Shown one piece after another: positions 39,451-49,880 of a DNA stretch of 64,000 nt (positions within the stretch are counted from its first letter, which is position 1; every line of letters starts with the position of its first letter). The position numbers were made by a program, and so were the translations under genes. The notes under the pieces were generated by a model, which had not been told where the DNA came from, searched no databases, and was given only the letters and a program-made list of their open reading frames with translations. This stretch comes from an uncultured Verrucomicrobiae bacterium (GTDB lineage: Bacteria; Verrucomicrobiota; Verrucomicrobiia; Chthoniobacterales; JAFAMB01), in NCBI GenBank assembly GCA_963837955.1, contig CAWIPH010000002.1, positions 512,001 to 576,000 of the forward strand. The letters are read 5' to 3'.

Positions 39451-39993
39451 GTGCCGCATCTCCCCAATGGCACGAACGTCGTCTTCGTCTGTTCCGGCGT
39501 CGAAGATCCCGAGCGCAAGCCCGCCAAGGCCGCTGGTTTTCGCGGCGGTCGCTACATCTCAGCAGAGGCAAGCGCGCGCGGCGAGTGGAAACCCGGCGGC
39601 TCCGCGATGCCGGGCGCGGACGCCTACGCCACGTCGAAGCAGTGCAACCTCGCTACGGTAATGGTGTTTGCCCGTGAGACTCCACGGTTACGCTTCAACG
39701 CACTCGAACCGGGTTTTACTCCGAACACCGGCCTCGGGCGCGAGGCCAACGTCTTCCTGCGCTTCTTGGCGAACTACATCCTGCCGCTGCTCGCTCCCCA
39801 CATCAAGTATTGGAGCACCCCGAAGAGAGCCGCGCGCGTGGCCACCAAAGTCCTGATCGATGTATCCGGTCAGTCCGGCATCTACTACGACGAGGGCGGC
39901 CATCCGATGCTCGGCTCCGCGCTCGTGCGCGACCCGAAGTTCACGGATCGCGTCGTTGCCGAGACACGCGCCTTGCTGGCAACGGTGCCGTAA
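39451..39993 (+). pseudogene. 5'-truncated SDR (retinol/protochlorophyllide reductase-like)
   Basis: Has YATSK and EPGF.P.TGL but no N-terminal TGxxxGxG. Confidence 0.7.
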
Positions 39994-40192
39994 TTCGCCC
40001 CGGCACCAGCTAAGCAGAATTTCGTTCCACCGGTTGCAATACTTTGCCGGTGCGGTCAACGGAACGGACGAGGACTCTTGGTTCGAGCGGGAGGTCCATG
40101 AGTTCTCCCCAGGCTCACCGTCTCTATTCGCAGTTCGGGTTTGAGCTAACGGCCCCGGAGTCCGTAGGCATGGCTTTCGAGATCCCGTAAGC

Positions 40193-40750
40193 TTATGGGG
40201 AATCTGCCGCCGCAACACCAAGCATCAGCACGTGCTCGTGCTCGGTTGTTTCGTCTGCAGGGAACATCGACTCGATTCGTAGTTCCTGCGCAGCCAGCGT
40301 CTGCGGAGTCCCAACCGCTGTGACCATTGAAAAATAATTCAGAACCTTACTACCTTTCCGGAAGCTGATCGGAATAACCGGTGAAACGGGCATAAACCCA
40401 GCGCCGTCGTTACTTAGTCCTTCTGATCCCCTGTCGCTCTGTGTCGATTCGCTGTGAGCTTTTTCAGCCCGAGCCTGACCGCTCCTCACTTCGGGATAAG
40501 CGAGCAATGCAGCCAGCAATTCCTTGGTTCTATCGTCAATGACGCCTCCAATGGCTTCGGCATTAACCCGGTAAATCAAACTGTTCGCCACGTCTTCCCA
40601 GTTATCGACGAAAGGACGCATACCGGCCGGATCGAACATCAGATGCAACATGTTACGAGGACCTTTGCGCTTGGACATATCGATAAAACAGTTGAAGAAA
40701 CGGGGCGCAGATTCATTGGTCAGCAACACGTTCCAATAGCGATCCATCAC
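40193..40750 (-). pseudogene. MmyB-like regulator ligand-binding domain lacking its HTH
   Basis: MDRYWNVL..N, NMLHLMFDP, FSMVTAVGTPQ...ELRIESMFPAD; no XRE HTH upstream. Confidence 0.7.
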
Positions 40751-40981
40751 CAGCGCATGGAGGAGTACCGCGAATCATGCGGAGAACCAGTACACAACAA
40801 GGATACGCATTGGCCGCTGTGAGCGTGCCCTGCTAAATCGTCCGCCTGAAAAAATCGGCTTCTAAGCCTGCCTATCGATTTCCGACTTTTTCACCTCATG
40901 CGCGGCCAGCGCTAGCTCACCTAACGGTAAGATTTGCGACAACAGATCAGCTTGATCGAATCGCAGAGCCGGCCCGGCGCG

Positions 40982-41140
40982 GTCATATAAGCCGAGCAGA
41001 AGCTCGTCGTGAGTACTGCCGATCGATCGATCGGGAAACCCTCCGATGACACAATCAATCGTGCGGTAATTCTAAATCTTGACGGCCGCTCGGTCGTCCC
41101 CTGACCGGTACGGCGCGTCGGTACGCTTTGCGACGATGTC
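40982..41140 (-). pseudogene. Fragment of an ATP-dependent DNA ligase (LigC-like)
   Basis: Manual translation DIVAKRTDAPYRSGDDRAAVKI*NYRTIDCVIGGF...LLLGLYD, with an internal stop. Confidence 0.6.
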
Positions 41141-41149
41141 ATTCTGAGA

Positions 41150-41272
41150 CAAGCCTTGCCCTCACGATTGGAGTGATCCAACGATGCCAATTCGTCCATG
41201 GCGCTTTTCCGGAGGCACAATTATGCCAAATAGCGCGCAAAAATTCTATGCCAAATAATTCGCAAAGTGACA
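41150..41272 (-). mobile_element. Tn7/Tn5053/Tn552-like transposon end with the start of a TnsB-like gene
   Basis: Minus strand begins TGTCACTTTGCGAA, has two TATTTGGCATA repeats (41222-41232, 41247-41257), then ATG at 41199 (MDELASLD). Confidence 0.65.
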
Positions 41273-41348
41273 GTGTTGTCTGTGAGTTTCCAAAATTATT
41301 TGAGGTGATTTTTGCCATGGTATTTGATGTACTGCCCTGGAGCAAAAC

Positions 41349-41933
41349 ATGGAAATCAAAGGTGCAACCCTTTTGTACACATTGGCTGGCCTGATGATCA
41401 CGTTCGCGGGGTTCTCGGCGCTCTTGTTGGCCCTCCGACCCCTCGCTGGAGCGAGGTTGTCACTGCTTGACAGATACCTTGCAAAAACGGTCATGACGCA
41501 CATTTTCGTATTGACGGCGGGAGCGCTGCTGCCGGCGCTATTTGCGCTCTACGACATTCAGGAAACGTGGATTTGGCGAGGCTCTGGTGTGCTTTTCGCA
41601 CTACCGATGCTGTCTCTTCAGGTCACCTATCCGCGCCGACGCCGCAAGGTGGTCGGCGAAGGACCGCCGCCCGCGATATTCGCGGTCTTCGTTGTATTCG
41701 GCTCCGCTGTGACACTGGCGATGCTTGGCTACGTTTTAGAAGGCCTCCAATACAGCGCCGCAGCCTACATCACTGCGTTGACGATCGACTTCTTTACGGT
41801 CATTTTCGGCTTCGTGGTCGCGCTCGATGTCATTATGCAACAACCGATGGAAGTGTCGGAGCGGCCGACGGTTAACCACGGCTTCGACGACCGACCGTCC
41901 GGAAGTCTCAGCAAAATATCGAGCAAACAATGA
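41349..41933 (+). CDS. Hypothetical membrane protein
   Basis: About five TM segments; the C-terminal tail runs into a transposase remnant. Confidence 0.75.
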   Translation: MEIKGATLLYTLAGLMITFAGFSALLLALRPLAGARLSLLDRYLAKTVMTHIFVLTAGALLPALFALYDIQETWIWRGSGVLFALPMLSLQVTYPRRRRKVVGEGPPPAIFAVFVVFGSAVTLAMLGYVLEGLQYSAAAYITALTIDFFTVIFGFVVALDVIMQQPMEVSERPTVNHGFDDRPSGSLSKISSKQ

Positions 41934-42143
41934 TCCGCTTGCCATATCTGGTTCGGCCTCTCAGCTTCGCGACGGTGAATCAGGTCGAAAACGTTGGAAT
42001 AGACTCTTGTCCCTTTGTGAGCCAGCGTCATCAACCTGGGCGGTTCATGAAAGCGCCATGGACGAGTTGGCATCGCTAGATCAGTCCACCCGTGAAAATG
42101 CTCTCGAGCGTTTTCGGATCATTCAACCCTGTTTGGAACGAGG
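41867..42143. mobile_element. Scrambled Mu/TnsB-family DDE transposase fragments
   Basis: Minus strand HRREAERPNQIWQADH..LDI...KPWLT (41867-42040) abuts a plus-strand N-terminus MDELASLDQSTRENALERFRIIQPCLE (42058-42143). Confidence 0.75.
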
Positions 42144-42155
42144 TTGATTCTTGGC

Positions 42156-43409
42156 ATGGCGGAAACCCGCGAAGATGAGATACGCCAATTGGTCGAGCGC
42201 GTGTATCGTGCGGAGTCGAGCCGTATTCTCGCCACGTTGATCCGTTTACTGGGCGATTTCGATCTTGCCGAGGACGCAATGCAGGATGCGTTTGCCACCG
42301 CACTGGTGCGTTGGTCGAGAGACGGCGCGCCCGAGAACCCTCGCGCATGGCTCGTTTCCGCTGCCAGATTCGAAGCGATCGACTCGCTGCGACGTCGCGC
42401 CCGATTCGATGCTTCGCTCGAGAGAATTGCAGAACAACTCGAGACACAAACCAGCGGCGTCACCGTATCAGATAGTGAGAGTGTTGAAGATGACCAGTTG
42501 CGATTGATCTTCATCTGTTGCCATCCGGCGTTAGCAGCGGAGGCGCGGTTGGCTTTAACGCTGCGGGAGGTGTGTGGTTTGACCACGGAGGAGATTGCGC
42601 GTGCTTTTCTAATTGCCGCCTCGACGCTGGCTCAACGCGTGGTGCGCGCAAAGGCCAAGATCCGAGAAGCACGCATTCCTTTTGAAGTGCCTTCTCCGGC
42701 GGAATTGCCGGAACGGCTAAATACGGTGCTTCAAGTCATCTACCTTGTGTTCAATGAGGGTTACTCCGCCTCATTCGGAGAATCAGTGACCCGCGCTGAG
42801 CTCTCAAGCGAAGCGATCCGACTGGGACGGCTGTTGAACGAATTAATGCCCGAGCCAGAAGTGACCGGGCTTCTCGCTCTGATGCTTTTGCACGAATCAC
42901 GTCGCGCCGCCAGAACCTCGCCGGAGCGGAACTTGATCTTGTTGGAGGATCAAGATCGCTCTCTCTGGAACCGGCCGTTGATCGAAGAAGGGGTAACCTT
43001 AGTGCAACGGGCATTGAAATCGCATCGCTTCGGATCTTACACGCTCCAAGCAGCAATTGCGGCGGTACATTCTCAAGCGGCCAGCGTGGCGGCGACGGAT
43101 TGGTCACAAATCGTTTTGCTCTACGACGCTCTGGCCCGGATCGATTCTTCGCCGGTAGTTGAGTTGAACCGAGCAGTCGCAATCGCCATGCGTGATGGTC
43201 CGGAGGCTGGGTTAAGGCTGATAGATGCTCTGGTCGCGGGTGGCAAGTTGGCTGGTTACCACCTGGCACACGCAGCCCGGGCCGACCTGTGCCGACGCCT
43301 AGGAAAAACAGCCGAAGCCCGCTCTTCCTATGAGAAAGCGCTAGCTCTCACCCAACAAGAACCGGAACGGCGATTTCTAGAAAATCGGCTCAAGGAACTA
43401 AAAAAGTGA
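42156..43409 (+). CDS. ECF RNA polymerase sigma factor with C-terminal extension (ECF42/DUF6596-like)
   Basis: DFDLAEDA.QDAF, LRLIF.CCHPAL, YLVFNEGY, C-terminal TPR-like region. Confidence 0.92.
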   Translation: MAETREDEIRQLVERVYRAESSRILATLIRLLGDFDLAEDAMQDAFATALVRWSRDGAPENPRAWLVSAARFEAIDSLRRRARFDASLERIAEQLETQTSGVTVSDSESVEDDQLRLIFICCHPALAAEARLALTLREVCGLTTEEIARAFLIAASTLAQRVVRAKAKIREARIPFEVPSPAELPERLNTVLQVIYLVFNEGYSASFGESVTRAELSSEAIRLGRLLNELMPEPEVTGLLALMLLHESRRAARTSPERNLILLEDQDRSLWNRPLIEEGVTLVQRALKSHRFGSYTLQAAIAAVHSQAASVAATDWSQIVLLYDALARIDSSPVVELNRAVAIAMRDGPEAGLRLIDALVAGGKLAGYHLAHAARADLCRRLGKTAEARSSYEKALALTQQEPERRFLENRLKELKK

Positions 43410-43498
43410 AGATGCTTGTCGAAATTCGGAAGTCCTGAGCGGCTACCTCTTGAACGGTCAATAAAAACGACCGCACAAAAAAGAAACTTACGAATACT

Positions 43499-44323
43499 AT
43501 GAAATATATCTGCCTTGGATACCTGGAACCGGACAAGTTTGAAACTATGTCCGAAAGCGAACGCAACGCCCTGTTGGACGACATTTTCGATCACGCCGAC
43601 GTATTGCGGAACCACGGCCACTTCATCGGCGAGGAACCGCTGCAAAGCGCCAAAACCGCAACGATCTTGCGTTGGAATAATGGGAAAGTATCGGTTACGG
43701 ACGGGCCGTACGCAGAGACGAAGGAGCAACTGGGCGGAATTCTTGTGCTCGAAGCGCGTGACTTAAATCACGCGATCCAGTTGATATCCGAGCTTCCGGG
43801 TCTAAAGGCCGGGCTCGGGCCTATTGAGATCCGGCCGGCTGCGGATATAAGCGAAATGAGGCGTGCAAGTGAGCAACGACGAGCGAAGGCAGGGCAACCG
43901 GCCCGCCCGAAGACCGTTACAGGAAAAGGAGAAGTCATGACCCAGTATTTGGTTGCTATTCACCACCCCGACGACTATGACCCTTCCACAGAGGACGAAG
44001 CGATGTCCCGCGATATCGACGTGCTCAACGAAGAGATGGAGGCTGCTGGTGTCAGGATTTTCGCTGGCGGCCTGCACCCGGCAAGCAGCGCGAGGGCGCT
44101 GCGAGCGCAGCCCAATGGTAAGGTGCTCATCACCGACGGGCCGTACATAGAGACCAAGGAGCACATAGGCGGTTTTTGGGTGCTGGAAGCCGCTAACCTG
44201 GATGAGGCGCTGGCGTGGGGCCGCAAGGCCGCCGTCGCCTGTCGGGCGCCGGTCGAGGTGCGCCCGTTTTTTGGCAGAACCCGAGAAGACAATCCCACTA
44301 TTTGGCCCAACGGAAGCAACTGA
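43499..44323 (+). CDS. Tandem YCII/DGPF-domain protein
   Basis: Two TDGPY.ETKE..GG motifs; internal RBS and ATG at 43937. Confidence 0.88.
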   Translation: MKYICLGYLEPDKFETMSESERNALLDDIFDHADVLRNHGHFIGEEPLQSAKTATILRWNNGKVSVTDGPYAETKEQLGGILVLEARDLNHAIQLISELPGLKAGLGPIEIRPAADISEMRRASEQRRAKAGQPARPKTVTGKGEVMTQYLVAIHHPDDYDPSTEDEAMSRDIDVLNEEMEAAGVRIFAGGLHPASSARALRAQPNGKVLITDGPYIETKEHIGGFWVLEAANLDEALAWGRKAAVACRAPVEVRPFFGRTREDNPTIWPNGSN

Positions 44324-44397
44324 GCGTCAGTGGCAACACTGCCGGGCGATGCCGGCCTGACGGGCAAAATCAGATAGGACTCGAAAGGAACTCAGTC

Positions 44398-44994
44398 ATG
44401 AGAAAAGTCAATGTGCTTGAATTTGTCTCCCTTGATGGTGTCATACAAGCCCCAGGCGGGCCAGAGGAAGATACCAGTGGCGGCTTCGCGTATGGCGGGT
44501 GGATAAGTCCACATTCCGACCCTGTTCTTTCAACGGCCATAAGAAAGCAGATGAGCATTCCGTTTGACTTGTTGATAGGGCGCAGAACCTTTGACATTTG
44601 GGCACCATTCTGGCCGCAACACAATGACATGTGGCCAGCCGTCAACACAGCGACCAAGTACGTCGCCTCGAATACCATGACTTCTCACGAATGGCAGCCG
44701 TCCGTGTTTCTAAACGGAGATATTGCGCACAAAATCACCAAAATTAAGCAACAGGAAGGGCCGGATTTGCACGTTTATGGAAGCGCAAATCTCGTTCAGA
44801 CGCTCATCAAGCATGATTTGGTCGATGCGTTCTGGCTGAAGATATATCCGATAACATTGGGCGGTGGAAAACGATTGTTTGCCGATGGCACGATCCCGGC
44901 GGCATTCAGGGTGACAGAAAGCACAGTCACCTCGAAAGGCGTCATTATCGTGAATTACGAGCGTGCAGGCGCAGTCCCAACCGGAAGTCTATAA
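44398..44994 (+). CDS. Dihydrofolate reductase/RibD C-terminal family protein
   Basis: [34 protein letters not shown]. Confidence 0.92.
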   Translation: MRKVNVLEFVSLDGVIQAPGGPEEDTSGGFAYGGWISPHSDPVLSTAIRKQMSIPFDLLIGRRTFDIWAPFWPQHNDMWPAVNTATKYVASNTMTSHEWQPSVFLNGDIAHKITKIKQQEGPDLHVYGSANLVQTLIKHDLVDAFWLKIYPITLGGGKRLFADGTIPAAFRVTESTVTSKGVIIVNYERAGAVPTGSL

Positions 44995-45210
44995 ACATTC
45001 GGCCGGGTGGCCCAGGCTTCGCCGATGGAAGCAAGATGCTCTGGAGATTTCTGGGCCGCTGGGTCAACTCCACCCCGATGGCTTTTCGTATGACACATGA
45101 GCACGGCTCCTGGTGCGACCGAACGCTAGGTGTCGATTGCAGTTAATTCGTAGACTAAATCATTTTCGGCGCGCTCGTTTTTCAATTAAATCGAGACTGG
45201 GCTCAGTTTT

Positions 45211-45576
45211 TCAGTTAATTGTAGACTGTTTGATATCGATGCGCGCGACCTGTTCAGCCAACGGATCAGGCCAGTTGTGAGCGCGCCGAACCAACTCCTC
45301 GCGGCGCTCCACAGGGATTGCCCGAAGCAAGATGGCAAACGGATACAAATCCCTCTGCCCCACGCTGCTGAGACCGCGGAAGCGGAAAAACTCAAGACAT
45401 CGCTCGCCCAACAGACACTTGGCCACGGAGGCACCCACCTTCAACCGACTGGCCCAGTGCTGGATGTGGTCTAAGGTCGTTACGCCTTCATGGCCCAACC
45501 CGTGGTCGTCCCACCAGTCCGTAGCTTCTATATAGTCAGCAAGCGCCAACACGCCTTGGCGGTCGCGTTGCAGCAA
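45211..45576 (-). pseudogene. Probable C-terminal fragment of an unidentified gene
   Basis: Protein-like ORF with a TTG start and an in-frame stop shortly upstream; family not recognised. Confidence 0.35.
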
Positions 45577-45737
45577 CAGCGCAAATTACTCACTCACCAA
45601 ATTGGCGAACGTATCAGCATCGACGTTTCCTACCCAAAAAGGGTCAGGAGCCTGCCCGACTTGATGGCTTCAGACACGTTGTTAATTAGTCCCTATCAAC
45701 CAGGACCAACTGCAGCCAAGCGGGGCGGACGACCAGC

Positions 45738-46478
45738 CTAGCGATGAATCGGTGCCTCGCGATGCCAGTTGCTCAAAATGCGACCATCGGTGTGGGGTTG
45801 CTTTGCCCATCGGATAGCGTTGGCAATGACTCGGTGGACATGGGCGTTGTGGTAGATCGGAAAAGTTTCGTGTCCAGGTCCAAAGAAGAAGATGCGGCCG
45901 CGGCCACGGTGGAACGTGCAGCCGCTGCGGAATACCTCTCCTCCTTTGAACCATGACAAAAAAATCAGCTCCTCGGGCACGGGAATGTCAAAAGGTTCCC
46001 CGTACATTTCCGACTGCGGCACTTCGAAATAGGGAGGTAAGCCTTCTGCAATCGGGTGAGATGGGTGGATCACCCACACTCGTTCCAAATCACCGTCCGG
46101 CAGCTCTCGCCAGGCAAGGTTGCAATTAGTGCCCATCAACCGACGGAAGAGTTTCGAGTGGTGCCCGGAATGGAGGACGATGAGTCCCATGCCTTTCAGC
46201 ACGCGCTGCTGAATTCGGTCGACCAAGGCGTCACTGACTTCCTCATGGGCAATATGTCCCCACCAGAGGAGTACGTCGGTATCGTCGAGGAGCCGTTCGC
46301 CTAGACCCTCGTCGGGATCGTCAAGGTTGGCACAACGTATTGCAAAGCCCTCGTTCTTCAAGCCTACTGCAATCGCGCCGTGGATGCCGTTCGGGTAGAT
46401 CGCTGCAACGTCAGGCTGGAGCTTCTCGTGGCGACCTTCGTTCCAGATTGTTATTTTGATAGTTACTTCGTTTTCCAT
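45738..46478 (-). CDS. thuA: ThuA (trehalose utilization) domain protein
   Basis: [52 protein letters not shown]. Confidence 0.9.
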   Translation of the reverse strand: MENEVTIKITIWNEGRHEKLQPDVAAIYPNGIHGAIAVGLKNEGFAIRCANLDDPDEGLGERLLDDTDVLLWWGHIAHEEVSDALVDRIQQRVLKGMGLIVLHSGHHSKLFRRLMGTNCNLAWRELPDGDLERVWVIHPSHPIAEGLPPYFEVPQSEMYGEPFDIPVPEELIFLSWFKGGEVFRSGCTFHRGRGRIFFFGPGHETFPIYHNAHVHRVIANAIRWAKQPHTDGRILSNWHREAPIHR

Positions 46479-46515
46479 TTTGAGTTCCGGGTAAAAGCGG
46501 GGGCCGTTCTAGAGG

Positions 46516-47427
46516 TCAAGCTTTGACGCCTCCGGAAAACGTCTGGACGAAATAGCGGCGGGCAAATCCGAAGGCGATCACGGCTGGTAGCATGTAGAGG
46601 ATCGCGAGTGCGCTCAAGAAGCCGTAGTCAATTTGCTGGACGCGCAGAAAAGCGCGAAACAGTCCGAGTGGCAACATCTGAAGCTCGGATGAAGACAGCA
46701 AAATAAGCGGCATTAGGAAATCCCCCCATGCGGAAATAAATGCAAAAAGACCCGCCGCAGCGAGGCCTGGAAGAGCTAGCGGTGCAATCACGAAGCGAAT
46801 ACGCTGAAACAGGCTTGCGCCGTCAACGAGCGACGCGTCTTCATAGTCGTAAGGGATGGTGTCGAAGTAGGTTTTCATAATCCAGAGCGCAAGCGGCAAC
46901 TGCATGGCGGCAAAGACTAGAATCAGGCCTAGATATCCATTGATTAAGCCGACTACCAGCATGACCGGGCGTACCGATTCGGGATTTAGGAAACTGCGGA
47001 CAAACGATCCGACCGCGTTATTACCGGTGAGTAGAATCTTATATAGCGGCACAATGAGAGCCGGTGGTGGCACCACGCGGACTAAAATAATCGTATAGAG
47101 GAACGGCCGTTTCCACCACGCCCTGGTTCGCGACAACGCGTAACCACCGAAGCCGGCGAATACCAGGACAATAATCGTAGAAGTCCCGACAACAATGAAT
47201 GAGTTAAGAAACCATCGGGCACCTCCCTCGCGCACAAAAATGCCGATGTAGTTGTTAAGCGTCCAAGGGCTAGGCCATCGAAGGAACAGCGAAGCGTTTC
47301 CATCGAAGGAGGCCTGAATCAGCCAAACGAAGGGAATCACACAAAAAATTGAGATCAGCGTAAGAGTTACGTACGCGACCACATCACCACCAAACATCGT
47401 GGGAACAACAAGTCTCGATTTGCTCAT
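46516..47427 (-). CDS. Carbohydrate ABC transporter permease
   Basis: EAA-type loop (YEDASLVDGAS), AWGDF. Confidence 0.93.
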   Translation of the reverse strand: MSKSRLVVPTMFGGDVVAYVTLTLISIFCVIPFVWLIQASFDGNASLFLRWPSPWTLNNYIGIFVREGGARWFLNSFIVVGTSTIIVLVFAGFGGYALSRTRAWWKRPFLYTIILVRVVPPPALIVPLYKILLTGNNAVGSFVRSFLNPESVRPVMLVVGLINGYLGLILVFAAMQLPLALWIMKTYFDTIPYDYEDASLVDGASLFQRIRFVIAPLALPGLAAAGLFAFISAWGDFLMPLILLSSSELQMLPLGLFRAFLRVQQIDYGFLSALAILYMLPAVIAFGFARRYFVQTFSGGVKA

Positions 47428-47431
47428 GACT

Positions 47432-48313
47432 TTAAACCTGGACTTTGAGAGCGCGCACGTAGACCAAGCCGATAGCCATCGAAATCGCGAGGGTGACCAC
47501 CGCTACCGCAGAACCGTACCCGAGCTGAAAGGCGGTGAAGGACTGATTGTAGATATAGATGCCAATGATCTCGGTAGCGTTGCCAGGGCCGCCGCGGGTG
47601 AGCGCGTAGATGAACCCGAAAATCGAGATGGTCGTTACTGTCGAGACCAGCATGTAAAGAAATATGTTCGGCATGATCAGCGGAAGCGTGATGAACCGGA
47701 AGATCTGGCGAGGTGAGGCACCGTCGATCCGGGCAGCTTCACAGATCTCAGGGGGCACCGCACTAAGACCCGCCATCATCAGGATCATCGCCGACGCGAT
47801 GCCACGCCAGGTGTTAGCAACAATGATCATGACAAGGGGAAACTGCTGCAACCATGGTACCGAGTGGATTCCCAAGCCGCCCAGTAGCCGATTCAGCGTC
47901 GAATGTTCGCCGCCAGCCAGCATGGAAATCCAGATGTAGCCAGCGACTACTTCAGGCACGGCGTTCGGCAAGAGGATGATCGAGTTGAGCAAATTTTTGA
48001 AACGAAGCGGCCGGCGCAGCAAAACCGCGGAAGCGAGTCCCAGAACGAACTGGCCGATAACTGCCGAGCCAAGCACAAACCAAAACGTAACAACCAGAGA
48101 ATGCCAGAAACCTCCGTCGTTAAAGAGCCGCACATAATTGAGCATGCCAACAAAACGCGGGTTGGTTGCCGCCACCCCGACCAGCGAGGCGTTTGTGAGG
48201 CTCAAATAGATCGAGTAAAGCGCCGGGTAGACGACGAGAGCGCCGATGAGAAGGACGCAGGGCAGAAGGAGGAGCTGAAGCTGCCACGATCTGCGTTCAA
48301 TATAGGTCGTCAT
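47432..48313 (-). CDS. Carbohydrate ABC transporter permease
   Basis: EAARIDGAS, ITLP, LTRGGPGNAT; start uncertain. Confidence 0.93.
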   Translation of the reverse strand: MTTYIERRSWQLQLLLLPCVLLIGALVVYPALYSIYLSLTNASLVGVAATNPRFVGMLNYVRLFNDGGFWHSLVVTFWFVLGSAVIGQFVLGLASAVLLRRPLRFKNLLNSIILLPNAVPEVVAGYIWISMLAGGEHSTLNRLLGGLGIHSVPWLQQFPLVMIIVANTWRGIASAMILMMAGLSAVPPEICEAARIDGASPRQIFRFITLPLIMPNIFLYMLVSTVTTISIFGFIYALTRGGPGNATEIIGIYIYNQSFTAFQLGYGSAVAVVTLAISMAIGLVYVRALKVQV

Positions 48314-48414
48314 ATGAGCTTGCCGCTTCGTAAGATCGACGACTGAGAGCGTCTTGTGTAAAGACCGGAGACGACCACGGAGCACTCGTCTCCGGTACGC
48401 AATTTCTGAAAAAA

Positions 48415-49713
48415 TTATTTAACCGCTCCGTCGCCAAGAACCTCTTTGACGTAGTCAACCAGGATCTTCTGAGCGCCTGCCGCATCAGTCTGCTTGCGAA
48501 GCAGTGCTTCGGTTGCGCGCGACACACCTTCGGCAACCGCTGAAAAGCCCTCGGCGGTCTTCATATAGGTTCCCGTTCCGTTCTTCAGAGCGGCGAGAAT
48601 TGGAACCAGCTCCTTTAGCTTTTGGAAGTCTGGATCAGCCGTCGCATCGGTGCGGCCTGGGATATTACCCACATTTTGCGCGTACGCCACATCCGCCTTC
48701 ACCGATCCAAGCTCGAGCATGACTTTCTTGGCGATCCCAACATCAGGCGATTTCGCGTTCACCGCCCATGGACTATCGAGGTCGACCAGCACGTACTGCC
48801 CTCCCTGTTTGCCGGGAACCTCCCAGGTGCCGACGACTTCAGTGACATTCGGGATCGGATTTTTGCTCTGTGAACCCCAGTCATAGATATAGCCCCATGA
48901 ACCGCCCGTCGTTGCAACCAGTTTGCCGGCCGGAAACATTTCATACTTCGGCACCACCCACGGCTCCGGCTCCAGCAGCGGCTGGATCGGCATCAGATCG
49001 TTGTTGATGAGATCAGCGTAGAAGCCGAACGCTTCTTTTATCCCTTGCCCGGTCAGGTTTAGCGTCCCGTCATTGTTGGCGATCTGCGGCGTTGAGGTGC
49101 CAACTATCAATAGCCTGAAGCCCTCAGTGAAGGAACCGCCGCCCCAGGTGATACCCGCCGGAAAGAGAAGTCCGTACGCGCCGGTCTTGGCTTTGATCTC
49201 CTTGGCACGGGCGAGAAGCTCGGCCCAGGTCTTCGGTTGCTCGGTCGAAATACCAGCCTTTTCCAATATGTCGCGACGATAGTAGATCTGCTGGACGTTC
49301 AGCATGGCAGGCAAAACGTAGATCTGACCATCCTTGCTGGTCGCCATGGCCTTGCCGACATCAAACGACTGCGCATAGCCGTCCCAAGCCTTGAGCTCTG
49401 TGGTAATGGGAGCTAGGTAGCCCGCCGCGACCATGTCGGCGACATCCTGACCATGGGGTGCAGTAAAGATGTCCGGCGCATCGCCTGCTTGAAGTTCGGT
49501 TAGAAGCTTAGTTAAATAATCTTTCTCTGGGGAGGGATATTCGACCACCTCAATGTGGACGTTGTATTTTTTTTCTATTTCCGGCACGACCTTGTTCAGC
49601 GCATCGATCCGTGCCTGACGATGCTCGGCGATACGGATCGTTTTAGCCTGGGCGGACCCAATTGCCAGCGCCGAGGCCAGAGAAATCCCCGCGAGGATTG
49701 TCGTTCTAAACAT
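48415..49713 (-). CDS. Sugar ABC transporter substrate-binding protein
   Basis: Signal peptide, GDAPDI, YYRRDILEKAG...PKTWAEL. Confidence 0.92.
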   Translation of the reverse strand: MFRTTILAGISLASALAIGSAQAKTIRIAEHRQARIDALNKVVPEIEKKYNVHIEVVEYPSPEKDYLTKLLTELQAGDAPDIFTAPHGQDVADMVAAGYLAPITTELKAWDGYAQSFDVGKAMATSKDGQIYVLPAMLNVQQIYYRRDILEKAGISTEQPKTWAELLARAKEIKAKTGAYGLLFPAGITWGGGSFTEGFRLLIVGTSTPQIANNDGTLNLTGQGIKEAFGFYADLINNDLMPIQPLLEPEPWVVPKYEMFPAGKLVATTGGSWGYIYDWGSQSKNPIPNVTEVVGTWEVPGKQGGQYVLVDLDSPWAVNAKSPDVGIAKKVMLELGSVKADVAYAQNVGNIPGRTDATADPDFQKLKELVPILAALKNGTGTYMKTAEGFSAVAEGVSRATEALLRKQTDAAGAQKILVDYVKEVLGDGAVK

Positions 49714-49761
49714 TGATCCTCCTTTTCATTTTGCGAGGCGATTGCAGCCATCGCCATTTAT

Positions 49762-49777
49762 GTGTACACGTTTGCAT
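49762..49777. promoter_or_regulatory. Putative LacI-family operator 1 (GTGTACACGTTTGCAT)
   Basis: Imperfect palindrome with central CG in the divergent promoter; similar site at 49863-49878. Confidence 0.55.
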
Positions 49778-49862
49778 AACGCGAACGTGTAGGCGTCTTG
49801 GTATTCAGTGTCAAATACAAATTCTAGAGGAAATGAACGTGATCGACATAAAATCTCAAGTA

Positions 49863-49878
49863 GTGTAAACGTATGCAC
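49863..49878. promoter_or_regulatory. Putative LacI-family operator 2 (GTGTAAACGTATGCAC)
   Basis: TGnAAnCGnnTnCA-type palindrome just before the Gfo/Idh/MocA start codon. Confidence 0.55.
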
Positions 49879-49880
49879 AT

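Noticed and set aside
46516..49713. Missing ATPase in the sugar ABC cluster (also for the fusion at 19078-20598)
   Set aside because: Sharing an ATPase encoded elsewhere is common; not unusual by itself.
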